Below, one piece after another: positions 20,505 to 29,791 of a stretch of DNA of 64,000 bases. Source of the DNA: an uncultured Chloroflexia bacterium (GTDB lineage: Bacteria > Chloroflexota > Limnocylindria > Limnocylindrales > CSP1-4); contig CAVTXK010000001.1 in assembly GCA_963738685.1 (NCBI GenBank), positions 924,007 to 988,006 of the forward strand. The letters run 5' to 3'. Within the stretch, counting starts at the first letter, position 1; each line of letters starts with the position of its first letter. The notes beneath the pieces are model-generated. The model worked only from the letters and a program-made list of their open reading frames with translations, made no database searches and had not been told where the DNA came from. The position numbers were made by a program, and so were the translations under genes.

Positions 20505-21995
20505 ATGACGACCGAGTCGAAGCCCACCCCCGACACGAACGAGGCGCCCACGACGGCGCGCATGATCATCGCCGGGGAGACCGTCGATGCCGCGGACGGC
20601 CAGACGTTCGAGATCGTCAACCCCGCCACGGGACGGACGATCGCCACGGCCCCGCTCGGTGGCCGCGAGGACGTGGACCGTGCCGTCGAGGCCGCCCAGG
20701 CAGCCTTCGAGGACCGCAAGGGCTGGGCGAACTGGGCGGCCGGCAAGCGCGGTCGCTCGCTGGCCAAGCTTGCCGACCTCATCAAGAAGCACAGCGACGA
20801 GCTGGCCTGGCTGGAGAGTCGCAACGGCGGCAAGCCGATCACCGGGGCGCGTGGCGAGGTCATCGGCGCGAGCCTCGTCTTCGACTACTACGCAGGTGCC
20901 GCGAACAAGGTGTTCGGCCAGACGATCCCGGTGAGCAAGCCGGGCCTGGACCTGACGCTGCGCGAGCCGATCGGCGTCGTCGGCCTGATCGTGCCCTGGA
21001 ACTTCCCGCTCCTGATGGCTTCGTGGAAGGTCGCACCGGCCCTGGCCGCCGGCAACACCGCGATCCTCAAGCCGGCGTCGTACACGCCGCTCTCCGCGCT
21101 CCGCCTGGGCGAGCTCGCGCTCGAGGCCGGCATCCCGGCCGGCGTCCTCAACGTCGTGACCGGTCCGGGCGGGACGGCGGGCGCGTCGATCGCGGCGCAT
21201 CCGGGCATCGGCAAGGTCGCGTTCACCGGCGAGACGACCACCGGCCAGGAGATCATGCGGCTTGCGTCGGGCAACGTGAAGAAGATCTCCCTCGAACTCG
21301 GGGGCAAGAGCCCGAACATCGTCTTCGCCGACGCGGACCTCGACAAGTTCGCCCGCGAATCGCCGTACAGCGTGTTCGACAACGCCGGGCAGGACTGCTG
21401 TGCTCGAAGCCGGATCCTCGTGGAGCGCTCGGCTCACGAACGCGTCGTCGAGTTGTTCGCCGAGGCGACCCGGAACGTCAAGGTCGGCGATCCCGCGGAG
21501 GAGACGACCGAGGTCGGGCCGCTCGTCAGCGCGAGGCAGCGCGACCGGGTCAGGGACTACATCGAGATCGGGCTTGGCGAGGGCGCGACCATCGTCGTGG
21601 GCGGCACGGAACCCGACGATCCGGCCCTGGCCGACGGCGCATATCTCCTGCCGACCGTGTTCGACGGCGTGTCCAACGACATGCGCATCGCCAGGGAGGA
21701 GATCTTCGGGCCGGTCGTGTCGGTCATCCCGTTCGACACGGAGGAGGAGGCGTTGCGCCTCGCCAACGCGACGCCCTACGGCCTGTCCGGGTCGATCTGG
21801 AGCCGCGACATCGGCAAGGCGCTGCGCGCGGCGAAGGCCCTCCAGGCGGGCGTCATCAGCATCAACTCCAACAGTTCCGTCCACACCGAGGCGCCGTTCG
21901 GCGGCTACAAGATGTCGGGCATCGGCCGCGAGCTCGGGATGGGCGCCCTGGACCTGTACACGGAGACCAAGAACGTCTTCATCGATATCAGCTGA
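20505..21995 (+). CDS. NAD(P)-dependent aldehyde dehydrogenase
   Basis: VPWNFPLLMASWKVAPALAAGN, ELGGKSPNIVF, catalytic NAGQDCCA, EEIFGPV. ATG 20505 within ORF 20235..21995. Confidence 0.9.
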   Translation: MTTESKPTPDTNEAPTTARMIIAGETVDAADGQTFEIVNPATGRTIATAPLGGREDVDRAVEAAQAAFEDRKGWANWAAGKRGRSLAKLADLIKKHSDELAWLESRNGGKPITGARGEVIGASLVFDYYAGAANKVFGQTIPVSKPGLDLTLREPIGVVGLIVPWNFPLLMASWKVAPALAAGNTAILKPASYTPLSALRLGELALEAGIPAGVLNVVTGPGGTAGASIAAHPGIGKVAFTGETTTGQEIMRLASGNVKKISLELGGKSPNIVFADADLDKFARESPYSVFDNAGQDCCARSRILVERSAHERVVELFAEATRNVKVGDPAEETTEVGPLVSARQRDRVRDYIEIGLGEGATIVVGGTEPDDPALADGAYLLPTVFDGVSNDMRIAREEIFGPVVSVIPFDTEEEALRLANATPYGLSGSIWSRDIGKALRAAKALQAGVISINSNSSVHTEAPFGGYKMSGIGRELGMGALDLYTETKNVFIDIS

Positions 21996-22101
21996 TCGAC
22001 CCACGCGTCCGGCCGGCGCAGCGGCGACGGTCGGGCTGGAGGCTGTCGGTCGCGCAGGCGAGACTGGCCGGAGTCGGTGGTCGCGGACCGCGCTGGCCTG
22101 G

Positions 22102-22584
22102 GTGCTCGGTGTCGGGTTGCTCACTGGCATCGGCATCATCGGGCGCGGTGGCGAGGGAGCCGCGCGGGCCGTGGAGGGCGGGTCGGCCGTCGCCGTCGCG
22201 AGCCTCGAACCGGTGGTCGCGCTGGGTGGCGGCGCGACCGCGACGGTGGACCGCCTCATCGTCATCGAGTCGCCCGCGTTCACGAACGCGGTGATCACGA
22301 CGCGCGACCTCGTGGTGGAGGGCTACGTCCTGTCAGCCACGGGACCCATCGACATCGTGCTCGAGTCCAGCGGCAACAAGGCCCGGGCCGCGCGGACGGT
22401 CCAGCCCATGACCGGTTCCGCGGCCCTCTTCTCGGGTGGACGCACGGCGTTCAGCGCCACCTTCCCGATCTCCAACCCGCGGCCGGGCGGGCGAATGGTG
22501 GTCCAGATCATCGCCTACGACCGGTCGGGCATCCCGATGGATAGCCTGCGCCGCCGGATCCAGATCGGCGCGATCGCGCCCTAG
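22102..22584 (+). CDS. hypothetical secreted or membrane-anchored protein; true start probably upstream
   Basis: Open frame of ORF 21400..22584. The first in-frame start is GTG 22102, which would cut the hydrophobic TALAWVLGVGLLTGIGIIG segment. GTG 22077, one frame away, would give MVA-TALAWVLG... if one base near 22086 is extra. Confidence 0.5.
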   Translation: MLGVGLLTGIGIIGRGGEGAARAVEGGSAVAVASLEPVVALGGGATATVDRLIVIESPAFTNAVITTRDLVVEGYVLSATGPIDIVLESSGNKARAARTVQPMTGSAALFSGGRTAFSATFPISNPRPGGRMVVQIIAYDRSGIPMDSLRRRIQIGAIAP

Positions 22585-23195
22585 CGGCCGATGTCACCGG
22601 GCGGCCACGGCACGTCGGGACGACGCCGCGCCAGCCAGTCGCGCAAGGCCCACATCGTGGTGCGGAAGGCGAGACCGGACCACGGGATGTCCTCGGGCGC
22701 GAACGTCTGGATCTCGAGCGCTTCCGGCGTCGGGGCGGCCGTCCCGCCCACGATCCGGGCCTCGAACGCGATCGTCACGACCGCCGCCTCGAGGCGCGTG
22801 TACAGGCCGATGATCTCGCCCGGCTCGACGAGCAGGCCGGTCTCCTCCCACGTCTCGCGGATGGCCGCCTGGTTCACGGTCTCATCGACCTCGAGGAACC
22901 CGCCGGGCTGGGCCCACTGGCCGCGGCCGGGCTCGATGCCACGGCGCAGCAGCACGATCTCGCCGTCGTCGGTGATCGGGAACGCGGTGACGACGAGACG
23001 CGGGTTGACGTAGGCGATGTGTCCGCAATCCGGGCACGACAGCCGCTCGCGGTCCTCGCCATCGATCTGACCGAACCGCAGCGACGTGCCGCAGTTGGGG
23101 CAGAAGTTGAGGCTCCGAGCGAGCCAGTCCGGGACGCCACCGCCGGACGCGAGATCCGTGGAGCGGCCGTCGGGGCCGCGATCGAATTCGTCCAT
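22581..23195 (-). CDS. NUDIX hydrolase with N-terminal zinc ribbon (NudC-like)
   Basis: CPNCG...CPDCG zinc ribbon. Nudix box GGFLEVDETVNQAAIRETWEETG. ATG at 23195. Confidence 0.85.
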   Translation of the reverse strand: MDEFDRGPDGRSTDLASGGGVPDWLARSLNFCPNCGTSLRFGQIDGEDRERLSCPDCGHIAYVNPRLVVTAFPITDDGEIVLLRRGIEPGRGQWAQPGGFLEVDETVNQAAIRETWEETGLLVEPGEIIGLYTRLEAAVVTIAFEARIVGGTAAPTPEALEIQTFAPEDIPWSGLAFRTTMWALRDWLARRRPDVPWPPGDIGR

Positions 23196-23208
23196 CGGCA
23201 GGAGGAAC

Positions 23209-23637
23209 CTACGCGAGCAGCACGGCGACGGCCGCGACGACGAGGGCCCCGAGACCGACGATGCTGACCGCGACCCAGGCAAGGCGGAACAGTCCCTTGC
23301 CGCGATCGACCCCCATCCAGGCCCAGGCCGAGCGCCAGATGCGAACGATGGCGTCGGCCGTGGTGACCACGAGGAGCGGCGTCGCGACGATCACGCACGC
23401 CTTGATCAGTGGATCACCGAGCTTCGCACCCAGGTTCAACGCGGTGATCGCGACGGCGCCGCAGATGAGCACGATGACGGACAGGTTGATGTAGTGCTTC
23501 TGGAGCGGTGTCGGGGCGACCTCCGGGACGGAACGGGGTGGCAGCCCTTGCAAGCTGGGCGGGAGGGTGGCCGGGGGCCTGGCCGGCTGGCGGTCCAGGA
23601 CGGGCATGCCGGGTTCCCAGCGTTCGTCGTCCATCAC
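23209..23637 (-). CDS. hypothetical membrane protein (3 predicted TM)
   Basis: YINLSVIVLICGAVAITALNL, ACVIVATPLLVV, LAWVAVSIVGLGALVVAAVAVLLA. Lies directly downstream of ftsZ. Confidence 0.6.
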   Translation of the reverse strand: MMDDERWEPGMPVLDRQPARPPATLPPSLQGLPPRSVPEVAPTPLQKHYINLSVIVLICGAVAITALNLGAKLGDPLIKACVIVATPLLVVTTADAIVRIWRSAWAWMGVDRGKGLFRLAWVAVSIVGLGALVVAAVAVLLA

Positions 23638-23670
23638 GCGCCGAGTCTATCCGCCCATCGGGCGGAACGG

Positions 23671-24975
23671 TCATCCGCGTCGGCGCAGGAAGCTCGGTAC
23701 CTCGAGGTCGTCTTCGTCGACGATCGATGGTCGGGCCTCCGCCCGACCGGCGTCCGGGACGCCGGGACCGACGGCCCGCGCAGCCGGCGCCGCCTGGACG
23801 GTTCGCGCCGAGCGCTTGGGCAGGGGGGTCGCCTCGGCGATCGGCGCCGGGGCCTCGGTCGTGGCGGTCGAGACGGATGGCACGACGTGCTCCTCGCGCC
23901 CCTCCAGGCCCGTCGCGATCAAGGTGATCAGCACGTCCTCCCCGACCGAATCGCTGAAGCTCGCACCGAAGATGACGTTCGCTTCGGGGTCGGCCCGCTC
24001 ACGGATGGCGTCGGCCGCCTGGCGGACCTCGCTCAACCGGAGGTCGGGCGGGCCGGAGACGTTGATCAGGATCCCACGCGCGCCCTCGATGCTCGCTTCG
24101 AGCAGCGGACTGGCGATCGCCTCGCGGGCGGCATCCGTCGCGCGGTGCACGCCGCTGCCGCGGCCCAGCCCGATCAGCGCCGGGCCGGCGTCCTTCATCA
24201 CGGACCGGACGTCGGCGAAGTCGAGGTTGATCAGCCCGGGCGCGGCGATCAGGTCGATGATCCCCTGCACGGCCTGCAACAGGACGTCGTCGACGACACG
24301 GAAGGCCTCGATCATCGAGGCGTCCTCGGCGAGCACGTCCGCGATGCGGTCGTTGGGCACGACGATCACTGCATCGACGTTCGCGGCCAGCTCGGCCGCC
24401 GCGGTCTCGGCGATCCGTCTGCGTTGGGCTCCCTCGAAGCCGAACGGTTTGGTGACGACCCCGATGGTCAGGGCACCCTGGTATCGGGCGCTCGCCGCCA
24501 CGACGGGCGCGGCGCCCGACCCGGTCCCGCCACCGAGCCCGGCGGTGACGAACACGAGATCGGCGCCCGCCAGCGCTCGGGCGATCTTCTCCTCGTCTTC
24601 CTCCGCAGCTCGCCGCCCGACCTCTGGGTCGCCGCCGGAACCGAGACCACCCGTGAGCGCGCCACCGATCCGGATCTTCGTCTCCGCGGTCGAGCGACGC
24701 AGCGCCTGGGCATCGGTGTTGCAGACCACGAAGCCTGCCGAATGGATCCGCGAGCCGACCATCCGATCGACGGCGTTGCTCCCACCACCGCCGACGCCGA
24801 CGACCCGGATGGCGCGCGATTCGGGCGTCCGCGCCCGGCGAAGCCAGGTTGGGACGGCGGTGAGGATGCGAAGGGTCAGCAAGACGACGAGGCCGATGAC
24901 GACGACGACCACGACCTCGCCCGGAGCAGGCACGTGGTCGAGTCTACGCGGGGACGCGGGTAGCTCCGCACGCAA
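23671..24975 (-). CDS. ftsZ: cell division protein FtsZ (start uncertain: TTG 24975, GTG 24933, GTG 24912 or TTG 24882)
   Basis: IRVVGVGGGGSNAVDRM, GGLGSGGDPEVG, TAGLGGGTGSGAAPVVA, NLDFADV, and the C-terminal peptide DDLEVPSFLRRRG. There is no ATG upstream of the G-box, so all candidate starts add a hydrophobic N-terminal stretch. Confidence 0.9.
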   Translation of the reverse strand: MRAELPASPRRLDHVPAPGEVVVVVVIGLVVLLTLRILTAVPTWLRRARTPESRAIRVVGVGGGGSNAVDRMVGSRIHSAGFVVCNTDAQALRRSTAETKIRIGGALTGGLGSGGDPEVGRRAAEEDEEKIARALAGADLVFVTAGLGGGTGSGAAPVVAASARYQGALTIGVVTKPFGFEGAQRRRIAETAAAELAANVDAVIVVPNDRIADVLAEDASMIEAFRVVDDVLLQAVQGIIDLIAAPGLINLDFADVRSVMKDAGPALIGLGRGSGVHRATDAAREAIASPLLEASIEGARGILINVSGPPDLRLSEVRQAADAIRERADPEANVIFGASFSDSVGEDVLITLIATGLEGREEHVVPSVSTATTEAPAPIAEATPLPKRSARTVQAAPAARAVGPGVPDAGRAEARPSIVDEDDLEVPSFLRRRG

Positions 24976-25008
24976 TCCGTACTCCCGGGCGGGGTCCCTT
25001 GGTCCGGG

Positions 25009-25431
25009 TCAGAGCAGCCGATCGCTCGGCGCTTCTGCGGCGTCGACGGCGGTCGCGCAGGTCGGGCAGTACCAGCGAGCCTCGAGTGCGGTCCCGCAGG
25101 TCAGGTGGCGCAGGGGCTCGGCATCGGTGCCGCCACGCGACCCCCAGTCGGCCAGGAGGCGCAGCGCCGACGCGAGGTCGCGACCGTCGGCGGTGAGGTC
25201 GTAGGCAAGCCGAGTCGGGCGTTCCTGGTACGGCGTCGACCGGACGATGCCGCCGCGTTCGAGCCGGCGAAGACGGTCGGTCAGGATGTTCGGCGCGATC
25301 CCGGACAGCGTCTCGGCGAGCTCGCCGAAGCGGCGCGGTCCGTCGAGCAGGGCCTCGACGACGAGCAGGCTCCAGCGGTCGCCGACCCGATCGAGCGCGG
25401 CTTCGAGGGGGAGCGGTCGGTGGTCGGTCAT
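25009..25431 (-). CDS. HxlR family transcriptional regulator
   Basis: VGDRWSLLVVEALLDGPRRFGELAETLSGIAPNILTDRLRRLERGGIV. ATG 25431 within ORF 25009..25467. Confidence 0.85.
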   Translation of the reverse strand: MTDHRPLPLEAALDRVGDRWSLLVVEALLDGPRRFGELAETLSGIAPNILTDRLRRLERGGIVRSTPYQERPTRLAYDLTADGRDLASALRLLADWGSRGGTDAEPLRHLTCGTALEARWYCPTCATAVDAAEAPSDRLL

Positions 25432-25482
25432 CACGTCCGATGGTAATGCGCAAGTCGGGCTTGTCATGTGCCCCTGTCAGTA

Positions 25483-25505
25483 GTAACTTGCAAGTCACAA
25501 GTTAC
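25483..25505. promoter_or_regulatory. candidate HxlR operator (inverted repeat GTAACTTG-N7-CAAGTTAC)
   Basis: Perfect 8-bp arms at 25483-25490 and 25498-25505, overlapping the 10-bp palindrome ACTTGCAAGT (25486-25495). Lies in the 102-bp divergent region between hxlR and the protease gene. Confidence 0.4.
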
Positions 25506-25533
25506 CACCCCCTCACGACAGGAGCAACGGATC

Positions 25534-26460
25534 ATGAGCGTCATCGAAGAGATCGGGGCGGCGGTCGCCACCGTCGCCGAGAAGGCCGGCACGTCCATCG
25601 TGACGATCGGCCGCAACGGGCGAGGGTCCGGCGTCGTCATCGCCGATGGCCAGGTCCTGACCAATGCCCACAATCTGCGCGGCGACGAGGTCACCGTGAC
25701 GTTCGCGGACGGGCGGTCGACACGTGGGACGGTCGCCGGGTTCGACGGCGATGGCGACCTGGCGGTCGTCTCGGTCGATACGGCCGGCGCGCGCGCGATC
25801 GACTGGGGGGCCGGTGACGGCCTGGCGGTCGGGTCGCCGGTGTTCGGTGTCGCGGCGACGTTCGGGGGTGGCGTCCGGGTGACGTTCGGACTCGTGTCGT
25901 CGGTGTCACGCTCGTTCCGCGGACCGGGTGGTCGGCGGATCGCCGGGAGTGTCGAGCACACCGCACCGATGGCGCCCGGGTCGTCCGGCGGGGCGATCGT
26001 GGATGCCTCCGGGCAGTTCCTCGGCCTGAACACGAACCGGATCGGCGAGGGCTTCTACCTTGCGCTACCGGCCGATGGTGCGCTGAAGGCGCGAGTCGAT
26101 GCCCTCGGTCGCGGCGAGTCGGCCGAGCGGCTGCGCCTGGGGGTCGCGATCGCCCCGAGCCACGTGGCGCGGCGGCTGCGGCGGTCGGTGGGTCTTGCCG
26201 ATCGTGAGGGGATCCTCGTCCGTGGCGTCGAGGACGGCTCGCTGGCCGCGGCCGCGGGGGTCGAGGCGGGCGACCTCATCGTGTCGGCCGGTGGCACACC
26301 CATCCGGGATGCCGACGACCTGCATGAGGCGCTCGGAACGCTGAAGGCGCCGTTCGAGCTCGGGCTCGTGCGCGGGGCCGAGGAGCGGGCCGTGACGGTC
26401 GGGGCACCGGCGGGCGGTGGCGAGGCCGGGAAGTCCGAGCGGACGCCCGGGGACGCGTAG
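25534..26460 (+). CDS. trypsin-like serine protease with PDZ domain (HtrA/S1C-like)
   Basis: VLTNAHN, DGDLAVV, TAPMAPGSSGGAIVD catalytic-triad context, then a PDZ-like region GILVRGVEDGSLAAAAGVEAGDLIV. ATG 25534 follows GGAGCAACGGATC. Confidence 0.85.
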   Translation: MSVIEEIGAAVATVAEKAGTSIVTIGRNGRGSGVVIADGQVLTNAHNLRGDEVTVTFADGRSTRGTVAGFDGDGDLAVVSVDTAGARAIDWGAGDGLAVGSPVFGVAATFGGGVRVTFGLVSSVSRSFRGPGGRRIAGSVEHTAPMAPGSSGGAIVDASGQFLGLNTNRIGEGFYLALPADGALKARVDALGRGESAERLRLGVAIAPSHVARRLRRSVGLADREGILVRGVEDGSLAAAAGVEAGDLIVSAGGTPIRDADDLHEALGTLKAPFELGLVRGAEERAVTVGAPAGGGEAGKSERTPGDA

Positions 26461-26692
26461 GGTCGGGCGGGCCGCCGAGACCGCCGCGGCGCGAGCCGGG
26501 CCGCTTCGGGCGGCGGCGGCGGCCGGCTAGGGCCGCGGCGCGAGCCGCCCGACGCGCCCCAAGCGCCGGCCGACCATGAACAACATGCTTCCCCGCCACG
26601 TTTATGGCCGCTCCCTGGCGCCGGAGTCTTCGATCGAGGCCGAATCGGGTCCATTCGGCGACGTAAGGTGCTCCTCAAGCACATAACGCATG

Positions 26693-26708
26693 GTCCAGGG
26701 CCCTGGAC
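26693..26708. promoter_or_regulatory. perfect 16-bp palindrome GTCCAGGGCCCTGGAC upstream of the DUF6498-like gene
   Basis: Self-complementary with no loop, 45 bp upstream of ATG 26753, inside a visibly lower-GC stretch. Confidence 0.3.
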
Positions 26709-26752
26709 AGCGGGTCCGGCCGGCCCTAATGTGGCCCTGAAACACGTTCTTC

Positions 26753-27491
26753 ATGGTCGGGGACAGCTCGCGGGAGGCGTGGCAGGCGGGTAGCATCCCG
26801 CTCGTGGAACGACTCATCGCCTGGTACCGCGTCACGTCATCGGTCGGGGCCGTCGTGGCGCTGATCGTCGCGAACGCGATCCCGTTGTTCGGTGCCCTGT
26901 TCCTGGGCTGGAACGTGTGGATGATCCTGATCGTGTACTGGCTCGAGAACGGGATCGTCGGCGTCTTCAATGTTCTCAAGATGCTGCGGGCCGAGGGCCC
27001 GACCGGCGACTCGAACGCGACCATGAACGGCCGGCCGATCAGCACGGTCGGCAAGGGCGCGATCGTCGGGTTCTTCGTGATGCACTACGGCATCTTCTGG
27101 GTGGTCCACGGCGTGTTCGTGCTCACCTTGCCGCTGTTCGCGATCGGTGGGAGCGGGGATGTCGATATGCTCGACCGGCTTCGATCCGCTCGCGATCGTC
27201 CTGGCCGTCATCGCCCTGGCGATCAGCCATGGGGTTTCGTACTGGTTCAACTACCTGGGCCGCGGCGAGTACCTGCGGACCTCGGCGGCGGGGCAGATGT
27301 TCGCCCCGTACGGCCGCCTGGTCGTGCTCCACATCACGATCATCGTCGGCGGGTTGGCCATCGCGATGACCGGGGCGCCCGCCGCGGCCGTGGCGATCCT
27401 CGTCGGGCTCAAGACCGTGATGGACATCGGGTTCCACCTCGCCGAACACCGCAAGCGGAGCCTGCCGCCGGGGACGGTGGCGACCGCCTGA
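26753..27491 (+). pseudogene. multi-pass membrane protein (DUF6498-like), one +1 frameshift near 27170
   Basis: ORF 26753.. (...NGIVGVFNVLKML...FVMHYGIFWVVHGVFV...) continues in ORF 27147..27491 (FDPLAIVLAVIALAISHGVSYWFNY...). Confidence 0.65.
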
Positions 27492-27536
27492 CTCGCGGCA
27501 CCGCCTCGCGGCGGCGCCGAGGCCCGCCTGGCGGCG

Positions 27537-28040
27537 TCAGCCCTCGACGTTCGAGGGGTCGTCGAGCACGCTCTTCGTCTGGGCTGCGCGCCACTCCACG
27601 AGCCGCCCCGCCAAGGCCCCGTCGGACAAGGCGAGGATGTGGGCGGCCAGCAACCCCGCGTTCATCCCGTTGCCGATCGCCACGGTCGCCACGGGGATCC
27701 CGCGCGGCATCTGGACGATCGACAGCAGCGAGTCCATCCCGCCGAGGGCCTGGGTCGGGATCGGGACGCCGATGACGGGCAGGATGGTCTTCGCAGCGAG
27801 CATTCCGGGCAGGTGCGCGGCACCGCCCGCCCCCGCGATGATGACCCGGATCCCGCGCCCGGTGGCCTCCTCGGCGTAGCGGAACAGGTGGTCCGGCGTG
27901 CGGTGCGCGGACACGACTCGCAACTCGGACGGGATCTTGAGCACCCGCAGGATCATGCAGGCGGGCTCGAGGACCGGAAAGTCCGAGCGGCTCCCGCCGA
28001 CGACCCCGACCAGGGGCGGTCCCTCGACATCCCAGCTCAT
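27537..28040 (-). CDS. purE: 5-(carboxyamino)imidazole ribonucleotide mutase
   Basis: [13 protein letters not shown]..., [31 protein letters not shown] overlap with the purK stop. Confidence 0.95.
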   Translation of the reverse strand: MSWDVEGPPLVGVVGGSRSDFPVLEPACMILRVLKIPSELRVVSAHRTPDHLFRYAEEATGRGIRVIIAGAGGAAHLPGMLAAKTILPVIGVPIPTQALGGMDSLLSIVQMPRGIPVATVAIGNGMNAGLLAAHILALSDGALAGRLVEWRAAQTKSVLDDPSNVEG

Positions 28041-29209
28041 CGTTCGACCTCCTTCCGGTCCGCCGCATCGGCCCCCGTCCAGCGCAGGTGAGCAGCCGCG
28101 GTTCGGGCCCGCTCCAGCGCATCGTCCGTGGTGGATCCGAGCGCCGTCACGTGCCCCATCTTGCGACGCTCGAACACGCGGCGCTTGTCGTAGAGGTGCA
28201 GATGCACCGATGGATCAGCCAACGCGCGCCCCAGACCGAGCGGCTCGAGCCGGGCCTCACGCTGCGCTCCAGCTCCCAGCAGGTTGACCATGGCGCTCGG
28301 AGCCAGGGCCGCGGTCGATCCGAGCTCGAGGCCGCAGATTGCCCGAACGTGTTGCTCGAATTGCGAGGTCTCGGCGCCTTCGATCGTCCAATGGCCGCTG
28401 TTGTGGACCCGCGGCGCAAGCTCGTTCACGACGAGACGGCCGTCGGGCATGAGGAACAGCTCGGCGGTCAAGGTGCCGACCAGGCCCATGGCCACCGCCA
28501 ACCGCTCCCCGAGCTGGGCGGCACGCTCGGCGATGTCGGGCGCGACCGGAGCCGGTGCGACGCTCTCGGCCAGGATCCCCTCGTCGTGGACGTTGCGGGC
28601 CAACGGGAATGACGCGGTCCGGCCATCGACCCCGCGAGCGACGACGATCGAGACCTCGGCCTCGAACCGCAGTTCGGATTCGACCAGCAGCGACTGACCC
28701 GTCGGCCGGCCGAGGCGCTCGATCGCGCCTTCGACATCGTCGGGCGTCGAGAGGCGGAGCTGACTCCGGCCGTCGTACCCGCCGGTCACCGCCTTGAGCC
28801 GCATCGGCAGGCCCAGTTCGTCGCAGGCCTCGCGCAGCTCCGCGGTCGTGCGGACCTCGCGCCACGGCGCGACCTCGGCGCCGGCCCGTTCCGTGAAGCG
28901 CCGCTCGGCGAGACGATCCTGCGTGACGAGCAGCGGGACGCGGCCCGGGCGGACCGGCCGGATCGCGTCGATAGCGTCGACGACTTCGACGGCGACATGC
29001 TCGAGCTCGTACGTCACCACGTCGCTGATCGCGGCCAGACGCAACGCGGCCCCGACGTCGTCGTAGCCGGCCACGACCTGGCGATCCGCGAGCGACGATG
29101 TCGGGGACTTGGGGTCGGGGTCGAGGACGGCGATCCGGTACCCCATCTCGCGCGCCGCGAGCGCGAGCATCCGCCCGAGCTGGCCGCCACCGAGCAGGCC
29201 GATCGTCGC
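28037..29209 (-). CDS. purK: 5-(carboxyamino)imidazole ribonucleotide synthase domain (no start codon of its own; reads on from GrpB)
   Basis: [17 protein letters not shown]..., ATP-grasp body, [14 protein letters not shown]. No ATG/GTG/TTG lies between the GrpB-like C-terminus and the GGGQLG motif, and there is no stop either. Confidence 0.85.
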   Translation of the reverse strand, partial: ATIGLLGGGQLGRMLALAAREMGYRIAVLDPDPKSPTSSLADRQVVAGYDDVGAALRLAAISDVVTYELEHVAVEVVDAIDAIRPVRPGRVPLLVTQDRLAERRFTERAGAEVAPWREVRTTAELREACDELGLPMRLKAVTGGYDGRSQLRLSTPDDVEGAIERLGRPTGQSLLVESELRFEAEVSIVVARGVDGRTASFPLARNVHDEGILAESVAPAPVAPDIAERAAQLGERLAVAMGLVGTLTAELFLMPDGRLVVNELAPRVHNSGHWTIEGAETSQFEQHVRAICGLELGSTAALAPSAMVNLLGAGAQREARLEPLGLGRALADPSVHLHLYDKRRVFERRKMGHVTALGSTTDDALERARTAAAHLRWTGADAADRKEVER

Positions 29210-29768
29210 CGGCGGGGCGATCGGCGGTCGCTCGACGCCGAGCCGACGCTGGACTTCCGAGATCCACGCCTGTTTCTGGTACGTGTACTGCTGGCCCTCG
29301 GTGAGGCCGCCCTCGACGATGCCCACCTTGAGCTCGGCGTAGTCGTGGGCCAGATCCGGATCCGTCGCGAAGCGCATCACGAAACGCGAGGTCGCGAGTC
29401 AGCTCCTCGCGGCCCGGTTGGACGTGCACATGGATGCGGAACGTGGTCTCGCCACGAACCATCGTGCCGACGAGCATGGGCCTCGTCGGCGGCCATGGAT
29501 CGGGGCCCGGCTGGGGCCCGAAGCCGATCTCGCCGAGGAGCGCGGCCACGACCGGCACGTCCCCCGGAACCGTGGCGATCGCGAGATCCACGACGCCCTT
29601 GCCGGGCATCCCCGGCACGGCCGTGCTGCCGATGTGCTCGACGGTCAGGTCGGGCCGGCGGTCGCTGACCAGGGCCGCCACGTTCTTCGCGACCTCGACC
29701 GACCCCGGGTCCCACGGCAGGACCATGGCGGGCAGCCGGACATACGGACCGATCGACGGCAGGCTCAC
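29210..29768 (-). pseudogene. GrpB family domain, one +1 frameshift near 29375, in frame with purK downstream
   Basis: VEHIGSTAVPGMPGKGVVDLAI...FRIHVHV...LAFRDALR lies in ORF 28257..29768. It then continues as TDPDLAHDYAELK...YTYQKQAWISEV in the purK ORF frame. Confidence 0.7.
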
Positions 29769-29791
29769 CGCCCGAGTGTAGACTGCGGCCC

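Noticed and set aside
22581-22584. Shared CTAG stop overlap of the convergent genes at 22581-22584 as a regulatory feature
   Set aside because: It is a simple 4-nt convergent overlap of the TAG (plus strand) and TAG (minus strand) stops, which is common in compact genomes. There is no additional structure.
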